Below are positions 28,701 to 42,846 of a stretch of 64,000 nt of DNA, piece by piece (the first letter of the stretch is position 1; each line of letters opens with the position of its first letter). The position numbers and the translations under genes are program-made. The stretch spans positions 365,986,001-366,050,000 of the forward strand of contig OZ024740.1 in NCBI GenBank assembly GCA_964016885.1. The letters run 5' to 3'. Under the pieces are notes generated by a model, which did no database searches, was not told the DNA's origin, and was given only the letters and a program-made list of their open reading frames with translations. This stretch comes from Eledone cirrhosa. Lineage: Eukaryota.

Positions 28701-29599
28701 GAAGCTGATAACAGTTTTCCATTTTGTTCTATGAAAAAGTTGCTGAGGTATGAAAATTGACTATTTTTATCATTACTATTATTTCCTATGAAGTGGCAGA
28801 AGCAGTAATTTATGTATGTATGAACCCGTAACCTTTGCTGGAGTCATTGTAACACATGGTGACACACAGCTTTTCTTGGGCATTTTAAAAACTGGGTGGA
28901 GCCCAAGCCCTCTCTTGGTCTGAACACAATCAATTTCTTCCAGAGAAGGATAGAGAGTGATAGAGGGGAAGCACTGACTCCAGGATGAAAGGCAAAGTTG
29001 ACCATGGTATGATTTGAACTTGGAGCACAGAGAGCTGGAATGAATACCACAAAGCATCCAATCTGATATTTTAACAACTCAGCCAATTCATGACTCTAGA
29101 AACAGTAACATGGCAGGCTAAGACAATATATTAAGATGGTATATTTCTTTGTTATTCGAGATCAGAAAGGTGATATTGGTAGTGTCAGACTAATGACATT
29201 GCAGGTGCTATTTAAACACTTAGCTTTACAAACTGAGTTCAAAATCCTGGCAGGGTCAATTGCCATTCATCCCTCAGTGATCAATAAAATAAGTCATAAT
29301 TATATACTGGAATCAGTTTCATCAAATTTCACCTTTATCTTGCCCTCCCTCTCACTGACCCACTTCCTCTCCAATAAGAAGCCTGGTGCCCAAAAGAATA
29401 ATAATCAGTATTCTATTAAACCTTGCAGTATTATTTAGTTAAATTACTTTATATTTTGAGTTCAAATTCCCTGCTGGGTTTGAATATGCTTCACACTACC
29501 AGCATCATGTAAATAAGAACCAGTAACATACTGAGAGTTAATTTCAATTGACCATCTTTATTTATGCTCAAATAGAAAAAAAACATTATATCATCATAG

Positions 29600-29805
29600 A
29601 AGGATTAGCAGATTCAGAGCTTTGAATAAATACATTATTTGTTTTGGCTCTTTATGTTTTGAGTTCAAATCCTGCCAAAGTCAACTTGGCCTTTCACCCT
29701 TTTGAGGTTGATAAAATAAAGTTTCAGTAAAGTTCTGGGGTCTATATAATTAACTTTCCCTGCTCCACTAATTGCTGGCCTTGTGCTTAAATTAGAAATC
29801 ATTAT
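29600..29805 (+). mobile_element. Meta-like tRNA SINE
   Basis: gagttcaaatcc, cttggcctttcaccct..gttgataaaataaag, gctggccttgtgcttaaattagaa. Confidence 0.65.
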
Positions 29806-32800
29806 TATCATAGAAGTGAAGATGATTGAAAGAGTAAATCAGTAAATTCGAAGTTTTACCCTGAGCACAGCACCTCAAAATAGAGTTGAACTTAATTCAC
29901 TATTTTCTCCTTTTTACAAAAGTTGGTTTTGTTTTGAAAGAAACCACTATATTATCATCATTAGTCTTTCTACTAACATTTCTTGTGGGTGTGCATACAA
30001 GTGCACTATGACCACAGCTGTCTTTAAACCACATTTCTTTGCTATTCATGCAAGACATCTGATGTAAATTGGTGCAACAGCTGTATTCAGGAATGTTACA
30101 ATAAATAACCTGCAAACAGCTTCACAAAATAGTTCAGTTATATCAGAGGAACCTACCCAAAAAACTGTTAATTAGCACAACATCCAAACAAAGGAAAATA
30201 TTTCTAAGGAATGAGTAAGAAGCAATAATCATCATCAATTTTACATCGCTTTTTTTTCATACTGGTATAAATTGGATGTGGTCATTACCGACCAACTCAG
30301 TACTTAATCAGAGCTACTGTCCAGCAGGACATGTTTCAATATGTTTCATTTTGACATAGTTTCTCCAACTCCAGCACTAGAAAGGTTGCGTTCTTGATGT
30401 GACTGAAGCGCCTTCTCTAAATTACAATACCATTGTATTTATTATAAACAGTATTCCCACTATATGCAAAGGAGCATCTCTAGTCAATGTTTCATATAAG
30501 CTATAGCTTATTCTTGTCTCAGTACCGAGTGAGTAAATGTCACCAATAACAGACAAAAATCCATACACATGTCTGATATCCTTACATGGAAACTGAGATA
30601 GCTCTGACATGAGAACCACTTAAAAAATTCATAGCAAGACTCTTGTATGTTTATTATACATAAACATATTATATATACTTTCATAATACACCTCTATTAA
30701 GAAGCATAGTATGTTAGTGCTATTGCTAAGTATTTAAACAGAATTCTAAGGCAAAGTCTGTAATTTGTAATAATCCAGCAACTATTCAGGATTGAGAAAT
30801 AGATTTTAAGCTGGCCAGAAGAGAGAACCATCTAATGTCATACAGTTTTGGTTAGATGGTGAATACAGCATCACTGTGAAAGACCTGCCATCTATATATT
30901 TTGTAATTTAATATGAAGCTCCAGTTACTTGTTTTTTCAATCCTGGTATTTATTTTATCGATTGTTAAATTACAGGATATAAACAAACAGCAAATGTACA
31001 CGTACAAGGACATGCATACACATATACATACATGCATATATATGCCATGTGTATCCCAGTTTTTAGAATTGGTACTCCATTTCCCTGGGCCACACACATG
31101 AAAAGCATTTAGTCAAAAGCATTGGAGTCAATAGAGCATCTGTCTGTAAGTTATTGTCTTAAAACATCTCATCTAACCCATGCTAGTATGGAAAACTGGA
31201 CATAAAATAAATACTGGTGATGGAATTCAAGATGGAGGCAGGTTTGAATGAAGAGTATAGTGCAAAATCAACACAATAGCTATTATGAAAGGGGAAGAGG
31301 CAAGTGAGATAAAGTGAAGATAGTATAGAATCAAAAAATTTAAAAGAGTCTCATGGTTCTTGATTCATGAGTGATGAGGAAGAAATACAAAGAGTAGGAG
31401 AGACCCTCAACCTGTTCTGAAGTTTTAGGAAAGTTTTTTTTGTTGGTGGCGTTTTTGTTAAAGATTGCCATTTTTGAAAAATATTATCCTTTTGATAATA
31501 ACCTGTCTCAAACTAACTGTTGGTATGATACAGAACCTGTTTGTTCATATTTGAATTAAGACATTCCAACATCATTTTAATGTAAGAACCTTTTTTAAAG
31601 GATGTTCCAAACATGAAATTGAAAATGAAGTTATTTTACTTTATGTTAAATTCTAATTTTTTTCCCAAAATCAATTAAAAGTCTTACAGAGTATCATCAT
31701 CATTATCACATTATAAATATGGTCATGAAACAGTTAATTCACTACTTGTTTGTTTGTTAGCACACCTAAACTGATAAGGAGATGGAAATCCAATAGAAAC
31801 AAGTTGAGTTTCATCTTGGCCACTGTTTTTTTTTTACAATTTAGGTAATCCTGACTGTTTTTATAACAGAATACACCTAAGACAAAGTTATCATCATCAC
31901 TATTTAATGTCTATTTATCAGGATTGAGTTAGATAGGTTGCCAAGTTCTAGGCTAGCTAGGTCAGATGACTGTGTCTCACTCATACATTCCATTCTGGTA
32001 TGGTTTGTACAGTTGGATGCCGTTCCTAACACTAACCACATCACATTGTGTACTGGGTGCATTTTATTGTGGCACAACCACTACCACCTGACAGAGTGGA
32101 CTGGGTGGATTTCAATATGACACTAGCACTACCACTTTACAGAGTGAGATGGGTACATTTTATTGTGGTACTAATAATGCACTGTATCTATTGGCAAATA
32201 CACTCCTGCTCTCTTTTGGATTAGCCCCTTTTTACATATAAGAGATCATAACAGTATTTTAAGTTGAGAGACTAAATTGGTAAACAACATGTAGACTACT
32301 ACATATGGCCACAGTTAGTCGGAGAAGTAGTGAGTGATTAAGGTGTTGAATCAACACTATTATGAACTCTATAAAATACCAATAAAAGGTCTTTTGGTGG
32401 GTTACATGAAAAGAATGAAGGACTACTTGACACTAAACTACATGCATATCAGTATGAAGTGAATGCCAGCAGGTTATGACCACTGAGAAAACTAATCAAC
32501 TGATGTATGTATAAACTATATTCACTTTGCTAGTGACAAGTTGGGGTTGTTAGTTGAATCATACATTTCTGAAAGTGTCAGTTTCCAGAATACCTGAATT
32601 TCTACAACTATAGACTGAATCACTGATAATTGTATAGAAAATGAATATATATTTACAAATTTGTTTTCTAAGGTTTTTCTGGGTTCTTTAGCTCTCTTAT
32701 ATAGACTAATGTTATAACTTTGAATTATTTCTAATGCACTTTATGATAACAGGCCTTGAGTTAAGATGAATTAGGTGCTACATTCAACACAAATATGTCT

Positions 32801-33549
32801 AAGCCATATATATATGATGATGATATATACACACACACACACAAAGTATGTTTGGATTTCTAAACAGAAAAAAAAGAGTGCTCAATACATTAGGGTTTGA
32901 CATGTGCTATGTACGAAATTTGAGACTAAGAGTAACTACTGGATGGCTTTGATATCTTACACTCAGCTTCAAAAATAAAAACGTGTGTGTTTATATTATA
33001 TTATATGTATATACATTATATATTATATGTGTGTGTGGAGAAAAAGAGTGGGGAAGGGAGAGGGAGAGTTTATGAAAGAAAAGAAAAGAGAAATAGACTT
33101 GCTATCTCCTTACTATTTTCAGTAGATGTAATAAATCATAAGGAATATTTCAGACACTTAAATCAATTCAAGAACTGGGGAATAATTCTTATCACCAACA
33201 AGTCGATTATTCAGTTGAAATTTATTACCTCTTGAGAATGAGATGGGAAGGAGAAGGGGAAAACTATTTTTATTTGTCTATTACCCAACCACAAATATTT
33301 CAAGTTATCTGATCAAGATTTCAAGAACATTTCAATGCTACCCATCAACGAATGGAGAAATATAGAACACACAACTTAATTATTTTATCCTTATATCTAA
33401 TTTGAAAATAAAGCATGGACACAAGTTCAATCTGTTGGCATTGATAGTACTAATTAATGATATTAAATATTTTGACAAATTCATGTAAAAATGATGTAAC
33501 TAAGACAAATATGACAGTCTCTGTAAGTTAGTAGTGGCAATATAAACGT

Positions 33550-33706
33550 GATTGGTGTTAGGAAGGGCATCCAGCAGTAGAAAACCTGCCAGACAGTCCT
33601 ATACGAGCAAGACATGGTCACCCGACAAATCTTGCCTCAAGTGGTACAATTCCCATCTAAACCCATGCTAGCGTTGAAGATAGACATTAAACGATGATGA
33701 TGATGA
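33550..33706 (+). mobile_element. Older RTE/SINE 3' tail fragment
   Basis: ggtgttaggaagggcatccag module, stem-loop and (GAT)n; mosaic of the RTE-A tail and the 63.1-kb tail. Confidence 0.75.
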
Positions 33707-33765
33707 CTGGCGATAGTATTACTACTAACAAAACTAAATGTATCAACACAAGTATAACACAAAAG

Positions 33766-33980
33766 GTGGAGGATTGGTGGAATCATTAGAGTATTGGAGA
33801 AATGCTTTGAGCTATTTGTTCTGGCTCTTTATTTTCTGAATTCAAATCATGCTGAGGTCAACTTTGCCATTCATTCTTCTAGGGTTGACAAAATAAAGTA
33901 CCAATCTAGTACTGGGGTTGATATAATCAACTATCCCTTTCCCCAAATTGCTGGCCTAGTGCCAATGTTAAAAAATAATT
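33766..33980 (+). mobile_element. Meta-like tRNA SINE
   Basis: Collinear with the 40286-40497 copy. Confidence 0.65.
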
Positions 33981-34160
33981 ATTAATGGCTGTTAGATTTG
34001 GTAAATTTGAATGCTAAGAGGTTGAACAAAATCTTGACTGATGAGCTGTGAACATCAGTAACAACTAGAGTTCATGCAAGCTTCTAGGTTTACACATGCT
34101 TAGATTTCATGCACAGATCCCATGCATTGATTGCATGCCAACTTTAAAGAAATATTATAC

Positions 34161-34543
34161 CTAGACAATTTAGAATGAGCTATATGACGTTGAGGAGCAT
34201 AAAATGTGGAACAAGGGCCTGGATTCTGTCGGTGAGGAGGTATTACGGTCATGGAAGTTGCAGACTTGGGGCTTCCAAGAACTTGCTTAGATTTTAAGAT
34301 TTGAGGAGTGGGGTGATTTGGAAGATGGTAAATATTCGACCTGGTTGGCGTCACTGATCCTGCTCGATTGGATGCCATCTGTGGACGGGGAGAGCTCCGA
34401 CTGTCTGGAGCCATAGCTTCCATGCCTCTAACATGAGCAGGGTATCGATTATATCCATCATCTAAATGTTCTTGTGGAAGCGACGAGATTGAGCTCCGAG
34501 CAGCTTGAGGTATTTCTGGAGGACTTATTACTTTTCTTGGAGC
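34161..34543 (-). CDS. Internal coding exon of host gene (APRKVISPPEIPQ...HIAHSKLS), Ser/Pro-rich
   Basis: T-tract plus gcAG acceptor ending 34544; AG|GTATAA donor; 383 nt open, phase 0 in, phase 2 out; higher GC than flanks. Confidence 0.8.
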
Positions 34544-34576
34544 CTGCAAAAAAAAAAATATATATATATAGTTTAG

Positions 34577-34621
<45 letters not shown>

Positions 34622-34689
34622 CCGGACATGACTTCCTTAATCTAATTTTTGATATATATATATATATAACATTCAATATATATATATAT

Positions 34690-34876
34690 CAACACAGTAA
34701 AAACCTCCCAGTCCCACACTGTAAATGTGGTTGGTGTTAGGAAGGGCATCCAGCTGTAGAAAACCCGCCAGACAGTCCTATGCGAGCAAGACAACCACTC
34801 TTGCCTCAAGTGGGAAAACTCCCGTCCAAACCCATGCAAGCGTGGAACATGGACGTTAAACGATGATGATGATGAT
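34690..34876 (+). mobile_element. 5'-truncated RTE-A 3' end with target-site duplication
   Basis: Near-identical to 9613-9800; flanked by duplicated atatatatataacattcaata (about 34658-34678 and 34877-34897). Confidence 0.9.
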
Positions 34877-35511
34877 ATATATATATAACATTCAATAATT
34901 CTATTAATTTTAAGAATGGAAATGAACTTACATAAAAAAATGGGTACTGCATAAAATGAAAATCTCACATGTAAATTATCTCAAGAAACTTTATAGTGAA
35001 GCAGGCCTTATAGATCAGCAGCACCACAGCAACATATCTACAGCATATATTGGCTTCATAGACATGACTGAATGACAAGCTATATTGATCAGTACAGTGT
35101 ACAACCAAAAATACAATAAACATTTCACACAACACAAAGATGTGGGCATAAACAGGTACCCATCATGTATTCAAGTATATGAATATGTGTTTGCATATAT
35201 ATATGAGCACCTGGTGCTAACAATATGTTTGCAGATATTAACAGACATTCATTTTTTGTTCAAATATGGTTCTTTTAACAGAATGTTCTCTTTCCAATCA
35301 AGCATAAGTCTAACAACTCGGCCCTTGATCTTTACTTTTCAAATAAAATAATGCCTTTAGGAGAAATTGAACTCATAATCAAGATGGCTTTATGTATTTA
35401 GTATGTCAGTTAGTTCTTCAGGCCTAACACTTTAGATTTTAACAGAGCAGATGGAAACAGGATCTTCATAATATTAAAGTCTAGAATAGTTGATAGTAGT
35501 AGCTTAATAAT

Positions 35512-35710
35512 CGTTTCAAATTTAGGCACAAGGCCAGCAGTTTGAGAGGGGGGAAAAGTCAATTATATCAACTTGAATGGTACTTTATTTCATCAACCCT
35601 GGAAAGCTGAAAGACCAAGTTGAGACTGGCAGGATTTAAACTCAGAACATAATGAGCCAGAACAAATATTGTAAAACATTTTGTTTGACATTTTAATGAT
35701 TCTGCCAATC
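35512..35710 (-). mobile_element. Meta-like tRNA SINE
   Basis: tttaggcacaaggccagc...tactttatttcatcaaccc...atttaaactcagaac. Confidence 0.65.
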
Positions 35711-36101
35711 CAACACTTTATATAAGCTCAAGGGCTCAAAGTATTACTGGGACATTATGAAAATTGTGTGTAAAGACATCATTATTCCAACTAAAATTAG
35801 TACTGCTCTACTCTTCTTGTTTGCAATCTTTTTCATTTGTCCTCTTTCAGAATAAGCTCTTTTAACAGGGGAATTATATATTTAACCTCGCCTTAATTTT
35901 GATTATTTTTAAACTCTTATTCCACAATAATTTTGAAATCTAGATACAATTTAGTTAAATGAGAAAGTGTTCAAATCCTGTGAGCATAGTCAGAAAACTA
36001 ACACAATAAAAAAACAATGAATCAAAATAACAGTGCAGTCTTATATTCCATGAAATAGATATAAATAGAATTAAAATAGTAAAAAATAATGAGTATTTTA
36101 C

Positions 36102-36297
36102 CTGTGTTGGGGCACCTCTTGGCTTGTATGCACCAGCATTTTGGAGTGATAAGTGTGAGGAAGCAGGTGAATGATCACTGTATTGGTCAAAAGATGCATT
36201 GCTAGGCATATTTGCTAAGGTTGGAGGAACAGTAGCATAATACTGGTCAGGGTTATTATCTAAGTTTGTGTCGGCTTCATAACCATAATCCATTTCC
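36102..36297 (-). CDS. Internal coding exon of host gene (EMDYGYEADTNLD...KPRGAPTQ)
   Basis: Polypyrimidine tract plus ttacAG acceptor ending 36298; CAG|GTAAAA donor at 36102/36101; 196 nt open, phase 2 in, phase 0 out, matching the next exon. Confidence 0.85.
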
Positions 36298-36851
36298 CTG
36301 TAATGAGAAAGAGAGAAAGAAAAAAATTAGGAAAAATGTTTTATATGTAGTTTTTTTACAGATGGCTACGAGGTCAACAGATTTATAGATTGTTGAGCAA
36401 ATCTACAAGGTAAAGGTGGATTAACTGCTTACAGGTCCACCATGAAATTAAAACACTGGGTTTACATTCTGGGTTCAAATCACATCTATATCAAATTTGC
36501 CTTTTATTTTATTTTGGTCTATAGAATGAAGTACTAGTCACAGACTGAAGATTTAATCAACTACGACCTCCAAATTTCTGACCATGTGCCTATATCAAAA
36601 ACGTTATTTGTGGAGGAGCGTTAAAGTTTATAATTTCTTTTAGGTCCTTCTAGTCTGGTGAAAAGAGTTATACTGGTGATGTTAATGTTTAGTTGGAATT
36701 TTTGAGAATTGTTGACCGGAAAGAAAATATGAATGAACAGAGAGTTTCATAAATATGGAAATTAGGGAGTAAAGTTTTTCAAAGTATTACATTTGAATTG
36801 AATCATGTGGGCTTAAGAATTGGATTGACTATAAAACATTAAAAATATATA

Positions 36852-37343
36852 CCATATTTGATGGCTTATAAGATGCACTTCAATTTAAGGAGGCATTTAA
36901 AAAAAATAGTGTTTAAACTACAAATGTCAGGTAAAGGGTTTGTACATATTATTATTATTATTATTATTATTATTATCATCATTCTACATTGTAATTCTAG
37001 TTGTAATATTTTAGTACATTTTTAAAACAAGGGAGTGTGAAAATAAATTAATTTTATTCTCTACATCGTATTTTTATTGAAATATTTAGTACATTTTTAA
37101 TGTGAAAATGAATTTATTTCATTCATTATAAAATTTATTAAAATTGTAACTGTTGTTGGTGTAAAAGTAATCACCACTTGTTTGCATTTGCAGAGATGTT
37201 TGCAGTTTAATTTAAGGGCCACTGCAATACTAGAAGTCCACTAGCCAGTAACCCCAACTAACCCTTGACTTTATAAAATGCAGTGTGATTTTCTGGGACA
37301 TTCTTTGGGAAAAAAAAAGTGTCTCATAAGCCAACAAATACAG
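36852..37343. mobile_element. Possible pogo/Tc2-like MITE
   Basis: TA|CCATATTTGATGGCTTATAAGATGCAC ... GTGTCTCATAAGCCAACAAATACAG|TA imperfect TIRs with TA flanks. Confidence 0.55.
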
Positions 37344-40285
37344 TATTTTGCAATTTTGTCCTTCATGAAAAAGTTAACAAAACCAAAATTCACTAAACCA
37401 CAATATCTATATAGACCTGAAATCATTGTCATAGAATTGATAAAAAAAAATAATGCTTATGTTATAAAAAACAAATTAAATAGCATTAAATTAAAAAAAA
37501 GTATTTGTTAAATGGTTTCTAAACAGTTTCAGAGACAACCAAATCATAATGCTTTCTTTATACAATAATAATAAATCATAATAGAAAGGAAAGAATAATT
37601 AAAAAGAAAACCATTCTGAAAAATATTTCAAAGAAAAGCATTAATGGAATGAGACTCTTGGTGATAGCAATTCTAAAGTTGATTTTATCTGTGTGAACGT
37701 GAAATTGCAAAGTATCAACACTAACATTCTTATATAGACGTTAAAGTGTTTTAAGCAAGACATTCAGATGATAAAATTAAATTTGTACTTTGGTGATACA
37801 GATAAATTAAATGAAAATTTCAAGAATTTTAAATGGAACATTTTTTTTTTGAAAACCTTTTACAGAATGTTTTTCAGAAAATATTTGTAAAAAAAAAATG
37901 TATTTCAATCGATATGCTCAAACCAATAAAAAATGTTTTCTCTCTTTCAATGATCACTATTCATTTGTAAATTTCTGATGGCTGTAGGTAGATGAATACA
38001 TGGCAGGAGTTACTACTAAACTGCAATCTCTCTATAAATAACCCTTAACAATCTCAGAAAAACCTCACATCTCACCCCAACTCCCATTACTTAAATGGGG
38101 TTTAATCTCATGAAAACTCTTTGATGCTTTCCACACTGGTAGTGAAATGTTGCAGGTTCTGCTTCACTGCCTCTAATGGTGATTACAGGATTTAAAATAA
38201 CGACCCTTTTATAAATCTCTAATCTGGGACACCACATGCCGTGATACATTCTCTGACGTGATATGTCTGACTTAGTTGTTTTGGCCACAAACACAGACAC
38301 CACTTATCCCAATGCAGAGGAAAAGAAATAGCTAAATATTAGGAATCAACCAGCCACTTCCTTTTTGTGCCAGTTGCTGGTGTCCCCTGAATTGCTGTTT
38401 TCTATCTAAAAAAATTGGAGGAGTGCACCATGTCATAGGAAGGAGCCCTGTGAGGTAGAGTGGTTGTTGCAGTGAATGTTACTGGCTGTTCTTCATGGCA
38501 ATGGAGATATACTACCAAGACTGGTTTTTTGATGTAGCTATATTTACAAGTGGCCCTCATAACTGAGGTTGTAAGAAATGGGTATCCCATTCAACACATG
38601 CCAGTTTGGAAAAGGGATGTAAAAATTATCATGATAATGATGATGAATGGAAAATAGTATTTGAAATAATTTGTACTACACTAGAAAACTGATGTAGCCA
38701 GAGTTTGAAATAGTGGTGATCAATATAAGTGGTCCTCATATCTACAGAAGCCAGGTCTTGCCTTCATCTTTGAGGTGTTTCTCTTTACATACAAAGTTAA
38801 TTTTTGGTAATCATAACTCTCTCAGAATAAAGTTCATGACTGTTCCTTTTTTCCACCTCTCTTATTGCTTAGAGGCAGAAGGAACAATGTCATCCTTAGA
38901 TAGGAAACCTAGCCTGAAAGAAGCTGTGGACTTTGCAAAAGGCATACAGGTGGTGACAATGTCTATCATTCCTGGGATTGTCTTCTGCACTTCTGTTTAC
39001 TTTGATCAATACATCTTGCTGCACAACAGTTCAACAAATATCAGGTGTGTGTATGTGTGGGCACACACACACCATACATGAAAATAATAAAGTATGGGTT
39101 AGTGTCAGGAAGGGGGATATTTAGTCATAGAAAACCTGCCTTAAAGTAAATTCTAACCCATACCAGCATGCAAAAACCAATGTAAAAAGTCATGACTATG
39201 TCGACAGAATACTGCTAAATTTAACATCTTTACTAGTTTCCTGTGTAACATTGTTTCCATGTTTTCAATGAATTAGATAGATAGGGTTCTTAACTTCTGA
39301 TGGAGTCATGGGGAGGGAGTCTGACATTTTAAACCTGGTGGAACACAGTTCATTTCTGAGAAAGATAGAGGTGAAGGAAGAATCATCTTCAATTTAGACC
39401 GATACTTTATTTTATCAACCTCAAAAGGATGACGAGCGAAGTTGACCTCAACAAGATTTGAACTCAAAGTGTAGTGAGCCAGGACAAATACTGACGCCTT
39501 TTTAGTTCAACACCATGATGATTCTGCTAATTCACCACCTTTTCAATGAATTAAAAGACCATAATCGATTGATGGCATTAAAAACAAACAAACATGTAAA
39601 AATAAAATAAAATAAAAATATGTTATCTTCTGCAGTCCAGACACAAGGCCAACTTTTTGCAATGAACAACTAACTAACTAAGGTGAATTACTGATCCCTA
39701 AGAAATGTTGGATAAAGTGAAACTGATACAATATGAACTAAGAAAATAAGTAGCAGCACAAAACTGAATAATTTACGGTATTTCTTTAGTTTTGTATACT
39801 AATTTGTCTATCAAATCATCACCTTAAAATAAATATTGGCAGCCTTCAATAATTCTGATGATATATTATGTTATTTCTATTCTCCTCATCAGCAGCAACA
39901 GTATTACATAGCTAAGGTCATCTCAATAATAGGTATTGTGTGCAGAGTTCAATTAAACAATTTCTACAGTTCATTGTCTTCAGGTTTCAATTGAGTGCTT
40001 TTGTTTTGTTATAGTAGCAAGTGTAGTGGAAATATTAGTTCGCCACCAGTATCTATGAAATGCCACTAAACATATCGTGAACTCATTATTGCGCACAGCC
40101 AGCACAGCGTTATGAAATAAAATATAATAATTCTAATCATATTACTGATGTATTCATTAAACATATATTCCCAACCACCACACATACAAAAATAAAAAAA
40201 ATCTACAGCCAGCAGTCTTTGCATAACAAAACTATTTTTTAGCTACCCTTACTTATTATTATTATAATGATTATTATTATTATTA

Positions 40286-40790
40286 GGGCAGTGGATTGGT
40301 AGAACGTTGGACACCATGCTTTACATCAGAGTTATGGCCCTTTACATTCCGCGTTCAAAACCTGCAGAGGTTAGCTTTGCCTTTCATCCTTACAGGGTTG
40401 ATGAAATAAAGTACCAGTAACGCACTGGGATTGATTTAATCGACTTGCCACTCCCACCCCACCGAAAATTGTTGGCCTTGTGCCTAAATCAGAAATCATT
40501 ATCATCATTATTATAATTATTATTATTAGGGCAATGAATTGGAAGTATCAGTAGAACATTGAACACCATGCTTTGTGGCATAGAGTTACAACCCTTCACA
40601 TTCCAAGTTCAAAACCCGCTGAGGTTAACCTTGCCTTTCATCCTGATGGGGTCGATTTAATTGACTTGACACCCCAGACCTGAAAATTGTTGGCCTTGTG
40701 CCTAAATCAGAAACCATTGTTATTAGGGTGGTGGATTGTCAGTATCAGTAGAGCATCAGACAAAATACTATACAATACTATATTTTATCA
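40286..40790 (+). mobile_element. Head-to-tail cluster of Meta-like SINEs separated by (ATT)n
   Basis: Copies start near 40286, 40529 and 40725 (partial); each follows attattaggg; the first two end ccttgtgcctaaatcagaaa. Confidence 0.75.
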
Positions 40791-41546
40791 ATTGTGGAAA
40801 AGCAAAGTTAACTTTGGTGGGACTTGAACTGTAATAGTGACAATAATAATTGTTTCTACTTTTGGCACAAGGCCAGGTGGGTGGGGGGGGGGGGGGGTGA
40901 AAGGCTCTTTATTTTGGTAAGTTTTATAAGCCATATTTGTATGTCTTTGAGACAGCCAGTGTGAATGTATTTGAATGAGCTTGCAGACAGCATAACTATA
41001 GTCTGACTGCAGCTGTGAGCAGGTGTGCAGGCATGTCCGGTAATTGAGATCCTAAAAATGGAAAAACCCACAGTTAACTGGGTCAAAAACACTTTGCGTG
41101 CAGCCAGTTAGAATCATATCTTTCCTTCACCGATAAGAATGTATTTCAGGTCTAAAATTATTGACTCAACCGCAACGAGTTAACACTATGTAGATCTATT
41201 TTATTCGCTATTGTATAAATAATATTACAAACAAAAAAAAGAAGAAAAAAAACAGAAGTGAGTAGCACACACATCTAGGACCACATACAACACATAATCA
41301 GATAGTACACACATCTTTGGAATATTGTTAATCAATATTTTAGTAATCTACTGATATAAAAATCAGTAGTATATTGAAAAATAGGGGTGTGGGGGGCATT
41401 TGGTGAATTCGAGCGACAAAAGGGGGTGTTTGGCCTAAATGGGTTGAGAACCTGTGGCCTAGAGAATGCTATAGACCAGTTCAAAATATTGAGTGCCTAT
41501 CATACCAATATCTTCAAGTTTCTCTTAAGCTATATTCCAAATGTCA

Positions 41547-41787
41547 CACACACAAACATATATATATATATATATACACACACACGTACACACACATGCA
41601 TATATATATATACATATACACATATACAAATACATACAAGCACACATATACATATATACACATATACATGCATGCACATATACATATATACACATATATA
41701 CACATATATATACACATATATATATACATATACATACATACATATACACATATATATATATATACATACATACATATAAACATACAT

Positions 41788-41818
<31 letters not shown>

Positions 41819-41955
41819 TACACATATATATATATATATACACATATATATATACACATATATATATATATACACATATATATATACATAGATATATATA
41901 TATACACATATATATATATACATATATATATACATATACATATATACATATACAT

Positions 41956-41986
<31 letters not shown>

Positions 41987-42243
41987 CATATACATATATA
42001 CATATACACATATACATATATACATATACACATATACATATATACATATACACATATACATATATATACATACATATATATATACTTATATATATATACT
42101 TATATATATATACATATATATATATATACATATATATATATACATATATATATATATACATATATATACATACATATATATACATATATATATACATATA
42201 TATATACATACATATATATATATATACATATATATATACATAC

Positions 42244-42292
<49 letters not shown>

Positions 42293-42427
42293 CATATATA
42301 CATATATATATACATATATATATACATATATACATATATATATATACATATACACATATATACATATATATATATATATACATATACACATATATACATA
42401 TATACATATATATACATATACACATAT

Positions 42428-42460
<33 letters not shown>

Positions 42461-42467
42461 TATATAT

Positions 42468-42514
<47 letters not shown>

Positions 42515-42561
42515 CATATATATATACATATATACATATATATATACATATATATATATAC

Positions 42562-42594
<33 letters not shown>

Positions 42595-42627
42595 CATATA
42601 TATATACATATATACATATATATATAC

Positions 42628-42694
<67 letters not shown>

Positions 42695-42784
42695 CATATA
42701 TATATACATATATATACATACATATATATACATATATATACATATATATATACATATATATACATACATATATATACATATATA

Positions 42785-42822
<38 letters not shown>

Positions 42823-42846
42823 CATATATATATATATATACATATA
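41547..42846. repeat. Impure (TA)n/(TATACA)n field
   Basis: Directly visible. Confidence 0.97.

Noticed and set aside
29900-30109. Possible extra exon after tttgcAG
   Set aside because: Weak pyrimidine tract; the open frame needs phase 0 while the preceding donor is phase 2.
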